DNA from: Eledone cirrhosa
Lineage: Eukaryota
Assembly: GCA_964016885.1 (NCBI GenBank)
Contig: OZ024741.1
Location: forward strand, 61,442,001-61,506,000
DNA length: 64,000 nucleotides
Reading direction: 5' to 3'
The position numbers and the translations under genes are program-made. A model generated the notes under the pieces. It saw nothing but the letters and a program-made list of their open reading frames with translations. It did no database searches and was not told the DNA's origin. This document shows, in pieces, positions 25,399 through 38,000 of the stretch (its first letter is position 1; each line of letters opens with the position of its first letter).

Positions 25399-27082
25399 AT
25401 GGATTCAGCCAGAATCGACTCTTCCACACCAAACACCACTGACGCCACCACCACCACAACTGAAACTAAAAATAACAATAACAAAAATAACAATAACAAC
25501 AAAAGCAACAACAACAATGAGAATAACAACACCGTGTCGTTTGCCAAAGCAGCCAAAAAATGCGAAACAATCCTGGTAACTCAGGCGGAATTAGATGAAG
25601 CCAAGAGAATGGTAAAAAAAGATGGGTACAGGGTCAGCCCCCCCCCCCCCACACACACACACCTAAAATGGAGCATCGGCGCCTATGCACCGTGTCTTAT
25701 CGGACGATTAACATAAAATCGCGCCGAGTGGAACGGGCATCCGAGTCCCAAATCCAAAAAGCTTGTGTGGGCAAAAAAACCCACATCAGACGTGGGCAGA
25801 AATATGGAACCGTGGACGTGTACTTTGGAACACCACAGGAGGCCAGAGAGCACTCCATGGCCTCATTAAAAAGCGACGACTTCACACTCGTCCCAAGCTA
25901 TTGTGGCCAGAGACTCGTAAAGATCAGTGTGACCCACGTTCCACCGGCCATCGAAATTCCCTGGCTAATGGCTGCCGTCCTCGCCGGCATCGAGGCCAAC
26001 ACCAAAATAATAGAAATAGCAAAAGAAACGCAGGAAAACTGGTCCGGATCTTGGATGGAGCTCCTGATCCATGCGGACCAAAAAAGCATTGAGGAGATCC
26101 CAGAGGTAATAGACCTCACTGACGGCAGCCACCTCACCGTAATCGTCGAGGGTAGAAGGCCTAGGTGTGTCATTTGTAGTTAAGGAACCCACCTAAGAGC
26201 TTTCTGCCCTCAGGCTGAAAAGTTGAGGCCACCTATCTTACCCACCCCAGTGACTCAACCATCAACACCACCAACAGCAGAAATGGCAGCAACAACAGAA
26301 GTAACTGTAGCAGCAACAACCCCAGCAACAGTAGCAAAACCAACACCACCACCACCCAACGCGCCAGAACTAGCACCAGCGCCTACACCATCCACCAGCG
26401 CCTGTGGAGGATTTTCCACTCTCCGACCTATCGCAACTGCAGACAGATTGTGACGACGAGGAGTGGGGGAAACGGTATCAGAAAAAAAGAAGCCAAAAAA
26501 GAAAAAAATCCCCTTCCGTCCCCCTCCAAAAACAAAATACAGAGGGAAACAAATAAACTATCAAACAAAAAAGATAGGACAGCTATGCCACCATCCACAC
26601 CAGCATCACCAACACCATCACTATCATTAACCCCAACCCCAACACCATCACTATCATTAACCCCAACACCATCACTATCATTAACCCCAACACCATCACC
26701 ATCATTAACCCCAACACCACCATTACCAACAAGCGAAACAGAAACAAACCCACAACAAACGTAAACAAAACAAAACAACCAAAACGATACACAATACACA
26801 GCATTAAATTTGAACAACCAATTATTACACTACATCCAACACAACACCAGCATCACTGAAAAAGACTGCACAACACCCCAAAAGTTCACACCACCTCCAC
26901 ACATACAAATCACTCGCATCACACAGAAAACGTACACGACACTAAAACAAAAATTCTCCAAAGACATCGGAGACTTCCGACAAGCACTCTCCAGGAGGAT
27001 TTATAAGGACATCCTTCCGGAGAAGGCCACAAGCAGTGAAAAGGATGGAGAAACCATCCTTCCTCTACGAGAAGTAAGGTAA
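25399..27082 (+). pseudogene. Tx1 ORF1 (gag-like), broken
   Basis: VSFAKAA N-terminal motif; GRRPRCVICS*GTHLRAFC zinc knuckle; Pro/Thr-rich linker with 24-bp repeats at ~26605-26725. Confidence 0.8.
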
Positions 27083-27116
27083 GTGGTCTTTCCCATCTTT
27101 TCCACTCCATTTCAAC

Positions 27117-30100
27117 ATGACCTCATTCAGAATAAGCAGCATAAATGCACGTGGCTTGGGGTCGTCAGGGAAGCAGGGCCACCTGCTCAACGACCTCAGG
27201 TCACTAAACATAGATGTAGTGGCCATCAGCGAGACCAGAATCTCCGAAGCACGGGCCTTCGCACCGATCTTCGGCGGCTACGATGTGTACGCATCTCCCA
27301 GATGTCCTGGATCAGGGGGAGGAGTTGTTGTGCTTATTCGGAGAGGTTTGGATCTCGCCATACGGGCCATATTCCTGGACCCAGAAGGTAAGTTGTTGGT
27401 GCTGGACGTGACCAGCGGAGACGGGCAAGCTTTCAGGCTAGTGGCCTTCAATGCCCCGACAGGTGCAGGGTGGCCTGGTTTCTTCCCGCGTCTGGAGACC
27501 TTTTTTGGAACGTCCCACTCTTTAGTGTTAGTGGGCGACTGGAACGGGATCTTAGATGCACGTTGGGACTGTGTGGAATTAGCGGATAGGAGAGGAGGGT
27601 GAAAGAGCCTCACCAACCTGCTCAGGCGTTTTGAACTGTCTGACAGGTACCGATTGGATTTCCCGAATGTGCCAATGTGGACTTGGACAAACCGCATCGG
27701 GTCATCCAGATCATATCTAGATAGAGTATTTTGTAGGGAAATAGATAGGTCTAGCATAAGCTGTCCACGATTCAAGATAGTCAGCTACACGGACCACAAA
27801 TTCGTGATCGGTGTGCTTGACTTAGATAGACTTCATAGACGGGAACCCGGCTACTGGAAGCTAAACGCGTCCTTACTGGCGCGCAAGGCCTACAGAGACC
27901 GGATTAGCGAACTAGTTAAGAGGGCGTTGATGGGGGCCATCGTCAACAACAAGTGGTGGTTTGCTCTGAAAAGAGCGATTAGAATAGAGTCCATTAGGTT
28001 TAGTAAGGCTTTAGCTATAGAGAAAACTAGAGCAGAGGGAGAACTAGTTAGAAAATTAGACGAGGCGCTTAGCAAAGGTATCGCGACCGACATACTTGCG
28101 GCGAAATTGGCCCTTGACCAATTCTTCAATGCAAAGCACGAAGGCTGCGTTGTCAGAGCTAGGGTGCGTGCTCTCAGACACGAGGGGACGAAAGCCGTTC
28201 AATGGGACCACGACGGGCCCATGCTACTCGATCCCGGGAAAATGTGTGAAGCTTTTCAGCGACACTTCGCTCAGCTGTTCGGGAGCAGCGGCGGGCCGGT
28301 TCGAGGGATGGACTTTAGTGTCTACCACGAGAGACTGCCGCGGCTCTCGGCCACTGAGGCGGAGTGTTGCGAAAAGCCGATAACAGCCGCTGAAGTACGG
28401 GAGGCAATGTGTGGCTGCACAAGGGGTAAATCGCCTGGTTTGGATGGTCTGCCCTATGAACTTTACGTACAGATGCCAGACTTGTTGGGAGGCCTCTTGG
28501 CGGACGTCTACTGCAACTGGCAACAGAACGGGAGAATTTCCAGCTCTATCGGCCGAGGAGCGGTGGCGCTGCTGAGAAAGGATCCGAACAAGGGGGATAA
28601 CATAGATAATTTCAGGCTCATAACTCTGCTAAACACAGAGTTCAAGATTTTGGCCAAGGTGCTAGCAAAGAGGTTGCCACTTGTCGTTGGTGGTCTGGTG
28701 GGAGAGGCGCAGACATGCGCCATTCCCAACAGATCCATCCACGACAATCTCCACTTCATGCGATACATCATGGAGAAGGTAGCTAAGGAATCTGGCACGG
28801 GTGGGTCCTTGAGCAATTTAGATCAGTCGATAGGGTCGACCATCGTTACCTAGCGGCAGTCCTGAGGGCGGCTGGCTTTGGGCCCATCTTTAGAGGCTGG
28901 ATCGTTGCCATGTACAGCGACATCTGCTCTGTGGTGAGAGTGAACGGTCACCTTTCGGAACCGTTCAACATCATGCGCTCGGTCCGCCAAGGATGTCCCC
29001 TCTTGTCCCTCTTGTACGTATTGACTCTCGAGCCATTACTGCACAAACTGGAGACGTTGAGGGGGATCCCGCGTGAACTAGGATGCGGAAGATCCGTATC
29101 TGCATATGCGGACGATGTCACCGTAGTCGTGTCGAACGCCAAACACATTGAGGCGATCGGCACTACACTAAGAGAATATGAAGCGGTGACAGGAGCAATG
29201 ATCAACCAGGAAAAGTCAGTGGTCCTGCAGCTCGGCACCTGGAGAAGCAGGTCCATGCCGTCCAACAGCGTAGTCGGGCGCTGGACGGATGGACCGGTTA
29301 AATTGCTAGGGGTTTGGTTCGGTCCGGACCTCCAGACGGACAAAAACTGAGACGAGGTGACGAGCAGGGTGGCTTCTCTCACCCAGAAATGGTCGGAGAG
29401 GAAGCTATGCCTGAAAGGTCAAACGGAGGTGGCTAACGCATACATCGCGCCTGTCATCTACTACCGCCTGACCATCATACCTTGTCCTAAGCCCCGCCTG
29501 ACTGCGCTGGAGCGTTTGCTCTTTCGCTTTTTGTGGAAGGAACGCGCTCTGATGGTCAGGCGGTCCATCTGCTGTCAACACCCGCTACGTGGAGGGCTGG
29601 GCATGCCGTGGCTGATGATGCGCAGGCACGCGCTAAGGCTACAACATCTCCACTTCTTCCTCGACGGTGATCAGGTGTGGTCACCATTTGCTAGACACGT
29701 CTTTCCCCAGCTCGTCTCCTTGACAGAGCTGTAGTCCTGGGTCAAGCGAAGACCGAGAGGGAGCGCTTGGAGACTGGAATGTCTTCAGGCGCTCACAGCC
29801 CTCGGCCAATCAGGCAATGTGATTGGTGGAAACTCCACCTTGGCGTTCTATAGAGGATTAGTGGAGGGGAAGAGTGACGACATACTTGGGGAAACTCTAG
29901 GCATCGACGAAAATCAACTAGCCAATCTCTTCGGAAGAACTTTCGGGCCGGGGCCTATGGACAACAGCCAGAAATCCCTGGCCTGGCAGTGCTACCGAGG
30001 AGCTTTGCCAGTTCGGGATAAACTCTACAGGCATGGAGGTGCTGTCAGCCAGGCATGTCCGAGATGCCCACAGGGTGACAAAACCATCCTGCACGCACTA

Positions 30101-30472
30101 ATCCAGTGTCCGAGCATTGCTGACTTATGGGTTTATGTCGAACACCTGCTGTCATGTGTAGGATGGATCCAGCTATCAGCTGAGTCCATCGTGAGGATTG
30201 CCCCACCCTCTTCATTTAGTCGGGAAGGGCAGGCAATTTTTATCTGTCTGGTGGCCATGGTGAAAGAGATAGTATGGTGGAAACGTTTGAAAGGGCTGAA
30301 GACGAGCACTTACCTCTTCGGTGATGCCCTGATTACCTTTTTCAAATTTCATTTGAAAAGGAAAATCAGGGTAGAGAGGGAAGTGCTCTCTTCCCAGCAT
30401 TTTGTTGAAAGATGAGTGAGAGAGGCAAGAATGGCCCGAGTGAATGGGCCTTCTCTGAGTATGTGTCTGTAA
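27117..30472 (+). pseudogene. Tx1 ORF2 (APE endonuclease, reverse transcriptase, C-terminal CCHC finger) with about 5 lesions
   Basis: SINARGL, ISETR, GDWN, YLDRVF, TDH; GKSPGLDG, RQGCPL, AYADD; CPRC..ILHALIQC; stops at 27600, 29348, 29732 and 30413; frameshift near 28830. Confidence 0.95.
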
Positions 30473-30742
30473 ATTAAAGGTGGAAAACTAGGAGAGGGCA
30501 CTTGCCCTGGTGGTCAGGGTCACTGTGGCTTTTTAATGGGCTTTCTCCACGAATGTCCCTCGGAAGTCTCCTCGTATTGGGGAATTTTTCATTGTTATTT
30601 TTTGTTACATCCTCTGTTTTTGTTTTTTACACGCAGAAATGCCCATTTGTACCGTCCTGTATTGTCCTGTACTGTCCTTAATGTCTACTTTATGTAAACC
30701 CTTGTGGTTAATAAAGAAAGCATTATTATTATTATTATTAAA

Positions 30743-31075
30743 GGCGGTGGATTGGCAGTATCTGTAGAGGATCATACGCCATGCTCTGCAGCATAGAGTT
30801 ACAACCCTTTACATACTGTGGTCGATTTAATCGACTTTCCCTTCCCCCGGAATTGCTGGCCTTGTGCCTATATAAGAAATTATTATTATTATTATTATTA
30901 GTATCGGTGGAGGGTTGGACATGCTTTCCAGCATAATTACGTCCCTTTACGATCTGAGTTCAAATCCCGCCGAGGTTAACTTTGCCTTTCATCCATACAG
31001 AGGTCGATAAAATAAAGTACCAGTAATGTACTGGGTAATTGCTGACCTTGTGCCAAAAGTAGAAACAATTATTAT
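30743..31075 (+). mobile_element. Two tandem (ATT)n-type SINEs directly after the Tx1 tail
   Basis: ggcggtggattggcagta.. and gtatcggtgg..gtagaaacaattatt, separated by (ATT)n. Confidence 0.9.
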
Positions 31076-31151
31076 TACAATCAATCATCTAATGTAAATA
31101 ATCAACAAATTCTATTATTATATAGATTTATTTTTTAATTATATATATATA

Positions 31152-31245
31152 TAAAATAAAATAAAATAAATAAGTCAAATGTTTAAAATTTGGCTTCGTT
31201 TAGCCAAATTTTAAACATTTGACTTATTTATTTTATTTTATTTTA
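31152..31245. repeat. Perfect 44-bp inverted repeat with a 6-nt loop, in a (TA)n-flanked insert
   Basis: 31152-31195 is the exact reverse complement of 31202-31245. Confidence 0.95.
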
Positions 31246-32562
31246 CATTACTCCGGAGTAACCAAACCAACCTGCGCACTTCGTCGAATGCTCCAATCTG
31301 CATACTGAGGTGTTGGTATACAACCAACATATACTCAAAATATATATATATATATAGATAGATAGATAGATAGATAGATAGATCGATAGATAGAGATATA
31401 TTTAATTTTTTTCATTTTATTTCCATCACTGATTTCTAGAGGCAATAAATAACTGGTTCGTACAACATTGCTTGACATGAAAAAATAAAACTAAAATTTA
31501 AAAAATAAAAAAGGAAAGGTATAACAAAAATAAATTACACTCCCCACAACCTGAGAGGAAAGAAAAAATTATTTGACTGCGTTGAAACATAAGTAATTGC
31601 TGTAGTTTTCAATTATATATTTGTACATCAGACACACCAGAAGAATGTCTGGCAAACTAACTAAATGCCAGAAAGAATCTCAATAATTCTGTCTTGTTGT
31701 GTAATCAGCAACTAATTTGAAGTGGATAAATGAATTAACTCTGAACTTCCTGTACCACAAGAAACCACATCAGCATCACATTAAATATGACTGCAAGAAT
31801 TAAATCTTTACTCTAATATTGTATATTTTCACAACAATCTGTCCATTAATAAAGATACTATAAAACATTTGAATTAACAAATTTGATAAAAACAGCATAA
31901 GCAGGGCATTCTTGAAAAGTACAAAATGGCACTCTATCACATTAAAATTTTAGTTTTTACTCTAATACTGACAATTTTCATAAGAATCTGTCCACTACTA
32001 ACAAATTCTATTAAATACTATAATCATTTGAATTAACAAACCTGTTTTTAAACATTTTCTGCTAAATTATTACAGGATGTTAAGAGGAAATACTACAAAT
32101 TTTCACAATTATCTATCTACTACTAAAGATACTACCAACATTTGAATTAACAAACCTACTTTTAGATATTTTCTGCAAAATTATTACAGGATGTTAAGAG
32201 TCGTAGTTTGTTCCATAATGACTTGTACTGTAACTACAATTTGATTGCCAGAGGTGTTCACTTTGAGCACTCTCTCAAATGAGTAGTGGATTTTAAACAT
32301 TTAGTAACCATATTTCTAATGAAATACACTCTATTTCAATGACCATGTTTCCCAGCATGAAAGAGGGTGATTTTTTTTTTTCACAAATTAAATCTGGAAA
32401 ATATTCCCTGTGTCTTCGAGGCTGAAAGTTATGTTAGTCATTTTATGCTAAACTGTTTTTCTTTTTCAAAATTTAGGAACTCAAAAAATACGGTAATTAA
32501 TGAAGAATTGAGAAGGATTTATTAAAATTATTAATTATTTCATTATTAAGATAGTAATTAGG

Positions 32563-32775
32563 GAGGTGGATTGGCAGTGTTGGTAGAGTACCGGACAGCA
32601 TGCTGTGTAGCACAGAGTTACGGCCCTTTACGTTCTGAGTTTAAATCCTGCCACGGTTAGCTTTGCCTTTTATCCTTATGGGGTCGATAAAATAAAGTAC
32701 CAGTAACGCACTGGGGTTGATTTAATCGATTTTCCCCTCCCCCCAAATTGTTGCCCTTGTGCCTAAATTGGAAAT
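32563..32775 (+). mobile_element. (ATT)n-type tRNA SINE
   Basis: Full body; flanking repeat attattaagat. Confidence 0.9.
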
Positions 32776-33044
32776 AATTATTAAGATTTAACAAATGGTT
32801 CTTATATAAAATAATGTTGGAAGATTTTTTTAATTAAAACTGTAACCCTTTAAGTGGGTGGTGTGGTTTCATAGAACTTGAGGGATGGTAGAAGAAGCAG
32901 TAGACAGAAAAGATTTAAAATTCTATCCTGATAATTGTACTGTATATTTTTGTAATCAAATGTCTATTATGCAAATAAAATTAGTTTTCCTAGCAGACAC
33001 ATAGCAACTATTAATGCTTGTTGACAATATATTTAACAAAGCTG

Positions 33045-33400
33045 AATCATTTTTATCATCTTCATTATCATCATTTTATGTCTGTTTTCCATGTTGGATG
33101 GTTGTCTTGGTCTATGACCAGACAGATCGGAGAGAGCTCATCTTGCTTATAGGTTCTGTATTTGGCATATATGCTCTTCTTAATGCCACCTACCCTGTAT
33201 TGAGTGATTTTATTCTGGCACCATAAACAATCTTCTACAGAAGATACTGGGTGCATTTTATAGTGGCACCAGCAATAGAGAGATTGTCATATGCTCGACC
33301 ACTGGTAAGTCTTCTCAAACTATACATTATCTCTGTTCAATTGCAATCCGCTTTACAAAGTTTATTGTATCATGGCACCAGTACTGGAGAGGTTGTCATA
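33045..33400 (-). mobile_element. Old RTE 3'UTR-derived element
   Basis: (cat)n tail, ttttccatg terminus, tggcaccag repeat units. Confidence 0.55.
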
Positions 33401-33879
33401 TGCTGTTAACAGTAAAAAAAAAAGGAAAAGAGATGAAGCAGTGGACAGCAAACATTTACAGTTCTATCCTGACAATTGCACTGTAGTTTTTGCAATCAAA
33501 CGTCTATTTTTCAAGTAAAACTTGCCAGTTGTTGCAGTTTTCCCAACAGACATGTTTTATAGCATCTATCAATGATTGCTGACTGACATTATACACAGCA
33601 ATTTATTTTCCAAAGCTGAATCTGTTAGTAAAAGTCTCAGTGATTGATATGGATGGACAATAGACCAATGTAATACAACTCACATATTTGTAACATCTCT
33701 TAATATCTAGTCATTGCTATGTTTTTTTTCTTTCTCTCTCTCTCTTATCAGGAAATGGCTGAGACTATATTTGAAATTCAATAAAATATTGCTCAGTAAA
33801 TCATCAACTTTTTTTTTTTTGTTGTCACAGCATTGATAATAAAAAAAAACAAATCAGAAACAATTTACAATACAAATTG

Positions 33880-34330
33880 CTTGGGATATTTCCTCCACCT
33901 TTAACAATAGCATTTTTTAAAAAGCATTTTTCCATCTAATTTTCCACTTTTGTATAGGTAGAGTGACTAGAGATCTAGACATCTTCACAAATTCTTTATA
34001 AATAGATGTTTTTACTAAAATTACACTATCAGGTTGGAGTGACACGCCATCATTATTTAACATAGGTAGGTGATGGCAAATAAAAAAAAAACGTTTTCTC
34101 AAGACATAACTGCATTACTCCACTATGGTTTTCCATGTGAGAATAAAAATTGATATAATAATGAAATGCAACATGACAACAAATATTTTGAGGTTAGGAT
34201 TTGGAGGCAAGCATTTCAGAGCTTCATGACAAGCTTTATACACTTCATAGGATCTTTTTTGAGGCAATAATTTATTACCAGATGTCTTCCCAGGCATCAA
34301 TCGTTTTAGTAATTTCTTACAACACATAGG
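33880..34330 (-). pseudogene. Ancient L1-like ORF2 C-terminal remnant
   Basis: ..TSIYKEFVK..PIQKWKIRWKNAF resembles the region before the zinc finger of L1/Tx1 ORF2; weak. Confidence 0.35.
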
Positions 34331-35090
34331 GATAGTGTGTATGTATACTAAACTGAATGTACTACTACAACAAGTGTTGTAAGGCCCTTTTCCTTGCTAA
34401 AGCAGGTGTTGGTCTTGCGAGTCTCATGACATGGGGTCCTTTTTGAGGAAAGTTTTTGCAGCCAGATCCTCTTCATGGCACCAATCCTTTTAATCACCTC
34501 ATATGAGATGCAAGGATACAGTGTAACTATTCTAAATCAGATACACACAACAATTGAACTGGATACATACAGCAATGAAAATAAAAACATTACTCGTATT
34601 TCATGTTTGTGATTGGGTACTTGTTATACAATGAAATATATGGACTGACTTCGACACATTCCACAAAATATCTACATTGACCAAAGTAATTATCCCTTCA
34701 AGCATGGTAAAGCATTATATTACTTCTGCTTACTATGGAATTTTAGAAGTATTTGTGGCACTTCACAGAATTCGTATTTGTCTTTGTGTCATCATCATCA
34801 TCATCATCACCGTTTTACGTCCGTTCTTCCACGCTAGCATGGGTTAGACGGGTTGTCCTGTTGTGGGCAGTGTCTGGTCGGCTGACCATGCCTTGCTCAT
34901 ACAGGAACTGATCTGGCTTGATTTCTACAGCTGGATGCCCTTCCTAACACCAACCTCATTTACAGTGAGTGCTGGGTGCTTTTTCGTGGCGCCTACACGT
35001 CCACTTTACAGTGTGGGCTGGGTGCTTTTTTGCCGTGGCACCTCCACGACCACCTTGCGGTGGGGGGGGGGGGCATATTGTTTATATGCT

Positions 35091-38000
35091 TCAGCATGTA
35101 CCCATGGGAGGTCGGGTACCCTGTATTACTGCGTGACGCCAGAAGTCACGGTCGTGTGTCATTGACTTTGAGAGGTGTAGTTGGGTAAGGTCGGCTTTTA
35201 TCACCTCATCCCAAGTCATCTTGGGTCTCCCCACTCCGCGGTTTCCATCAACTTCTAGTGCTCTGCACCTTTTTATGCAGCTGTCATCCTTCATACGCAT
35301 CACATGTCCATACCAGCATAACCGCCTCTCCTGCACGCAGCATTTGATTCCTCTTATGCTCAGTCTCTCTCTCAATTCATTTATGCTTTGTCGTTCACGT
35401 ATATTACTGTTACACATCCATCGGAGCATGCAGGCTTCGTTTCTCTCTAATCTACGTAAGTCTTCCACCTTCAGCGCCCAGGTCTCACTACCATGCAACA
35501 TCGCTGTTCGGATACACGCATCATACAGTCTGCCTTTCATTCTGAGGGAGAAGCCTTTTGCAGCTAGCAGTGGTAGTAGTTCCCTAAACTTCTTCCATCC
35601 CGTTCTTACCCTAGTTATTGTACTTTCTGAGCACCCACCTCCGTTGCTAATTCGGTCACCTAGGTAGCAGAAGCTGTCTACTGTTTCTACAGGGCCCTCC
35701 CAGAGATTGGTGGTACTTGTTTCCTGTGGCTGTTTGCTTGCTGTTTCAGCACAGCTGCTGCATGTGAATCCTACATTCTTAATTAAGCTTCCTGAGATCC
35801 CGCTACATCTCTTGTGTACCCATTGTTTGCATTTGGGGCAAAGAATGGAGTTCCTACCTACACCTTTCCTACATACTGAGCAAGGCCATTTCCCTGAGGG
35901 GATCTGGGTTCTGTTTTCTCGTCTACTTATAAGGACCTTAGTCTTTGTCATGTTGACTTTGAGGCCCTTTCTCTCTAGTCCCTGCTTCCAGGTTTGGAAT
36001 TTATTCTCTAGTTCTACCATAGATTCAGCTATGAGTGCGAGGTCATCAGCATACAGGAGTTCCCATGGGCATCCGGTCTTAAACTCCTCCGTTATTGCCT
36101 GCAGGACTATGATGAACAGGAGAGGGCTAAGAACAGAGCCCTGGTGGACCCCAACCTGTACGCTAAATTCCTCGCTATACTCATTGCCAATCCTAACTTT
36201 GCTGACTGCTCCCCTATACATGGCTTGTACCGCTTTCACAAGCCATTCATCTACTCCTAGTTTTCTAAGAGCCCACCAGATTACTGCACGTGGAACTCTG
36301 TCAAAGGCTTTCTCAAGGTCGACAAATGCCAAGTAGAGTGGCTTACTTTTAGCTAGGTACTTTTCCTGTAATTGCCTCACAAGGAAGAGCGCATCAGTGG
36401 TGCCTTTCCCTGGAACAAACCCAAATTGCATCTCGTCTATATTCACCCGGTCCCTAATCAGCTGTGCTATAACTCTTTCTGTTACTTTCATGACCTGGTC
36501 CATCAACTTTATACCTCTATAGTTTCCTCTATCTAGTGCATCGCCTTTACCTTTGTAGCAGTTGACAATGATGCTACTGCACCAATCTTTTGGTATGGCC
36601 CCCTCTAGTATTACCTGGTTAACGATACGTGTGGTTATAGTGTGACCTACAGACCCAGATGCCTTCAGCATCTCGGCAGCTATACCCGATGGACCGGTTG
36701 CCTTCCCTATCTTCATATCTCTGATTGCCTTACTTACTACGCTGCCGCTGACTTGTACTGCTGGTCCCTCTATAGGGTCTACGTGGGGTAGGGTCTCTTC
36801 TTCCCATGCATTCTCCTCATTTAGTAATCTATCATAATGACTCTTCCATGCATCTTTCTTCTCAGCACTTGTGAGGGCAAGCTCACCTTTATCATTCCGG
36901 ATACACTTCTCTCCAATGATATCACAACTATCTCTGACACACTGCCTCGCAATCTTGAATACCTCCTGTTTCTGGTCCTCACGTTGTAAGACATGCTTGA
37001 ATTTTCTATCCTCTGCTTCCCTCCTAGCTAAGTATACTTGTCGCCTAGCTTCCCTCTTGGTCTCTATGTAATGTACCCTGCTCCCCCCGTTCTTCCATTC
37101 TTTCCATGCCTGTCTCTTGGCCTTGACTGCTTCATCTACCTTATTGTTCCACCACCAAGTCACTCTCCTCCTGCTTGAGGTCTTACTCCAGCCACAAACC
37201 TCATCCGTCGCCTCTAGTAAGTTATTTTTTAGGAACTCCCAGTTCTCTTCTACGTTAAATGTCTCTATCTGTTCTTCTTTACTGTCGTAGGCGTTGAGTA
37301 AAATATCTTTAAATCTGTTACTGGTTGAGGGGACTTTCAGCTTCCAGATCTTTCTTCTCCAGGTTGGCCTCTGTTTCAGGGCTCGTCTAGTTCTGACCGT
37401 GAGGTCGCTGACAACTAAGCTATGTTGCGATGTACATTCCTCACTAGGGAAGGCTTTTGTGTTTACGACCGTCCATCTGTCACGTCCTCTGATGAGGATA
37501 AAATCTAACTGACTAGAGTGCTCCCCTGATCTATAGGTGATCAGGTGGTTGTCGGGTTTTTTAAAGTTTGTGTTACATATCGACATGTCATTGGCGTCGC
37601 AGAATTCTAGAAGTCTGAATCCTTCCTCATTCCTTGTGCCAACTCCATGGCCTCCATGTACTCTATTGAAGCCGTCGCAGTGTTTACCTACGTGTCCGTT
37701 AAAATCTCCTGCAATGATTAGGAAGTCCTTGTCGTCTGTTAGAGCAGTAGTGTGTATTAGGGACTCGTAAAACCTATCCTTAAGTTCGTCTGGCAGCCCC
37801 GATTGGGGTGCGTAAGCTGATATTATTGTGGTAATTGTCTTATTCAGGACTAGTCTGAGTTTAATGATTCTTGCATTTACCCTGTACACTGAGATTACTT
37901 TATCTACCCACTTGTCAGCTAATAGTATACCTACACCACCCATCCCATCGTCATTTCCCACCCAGAAAAATTTGTAGCACTGGCTTTTTCCTACAAGGAC

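Larger units (their letters stand above)
24952..30720 (+). mobile_element. Near-full-length L1/Tx1-clade LINE inserted in (ATT)n
   Basis: 5'UTR, ORF1 with CCHC knuckle, ORF2 with APE+RT+zinc finger, 3'UTR ending cccttgtggttaataaagaaag; (ATT)n on both sides. Confidence 0.95.

Noticed and set aside
27117-30472. G-to-A hypermutation (TGG to TGA/TAG stops) in LINEs
   Set aside because: Too few events, and Trp codons are the most common route to stops under neutral decay.
35221-37770. Plus-strand ORFs overlapping the RTE
   Set aside because: Antisense shadows of the LINE ORF with no independent motifs.
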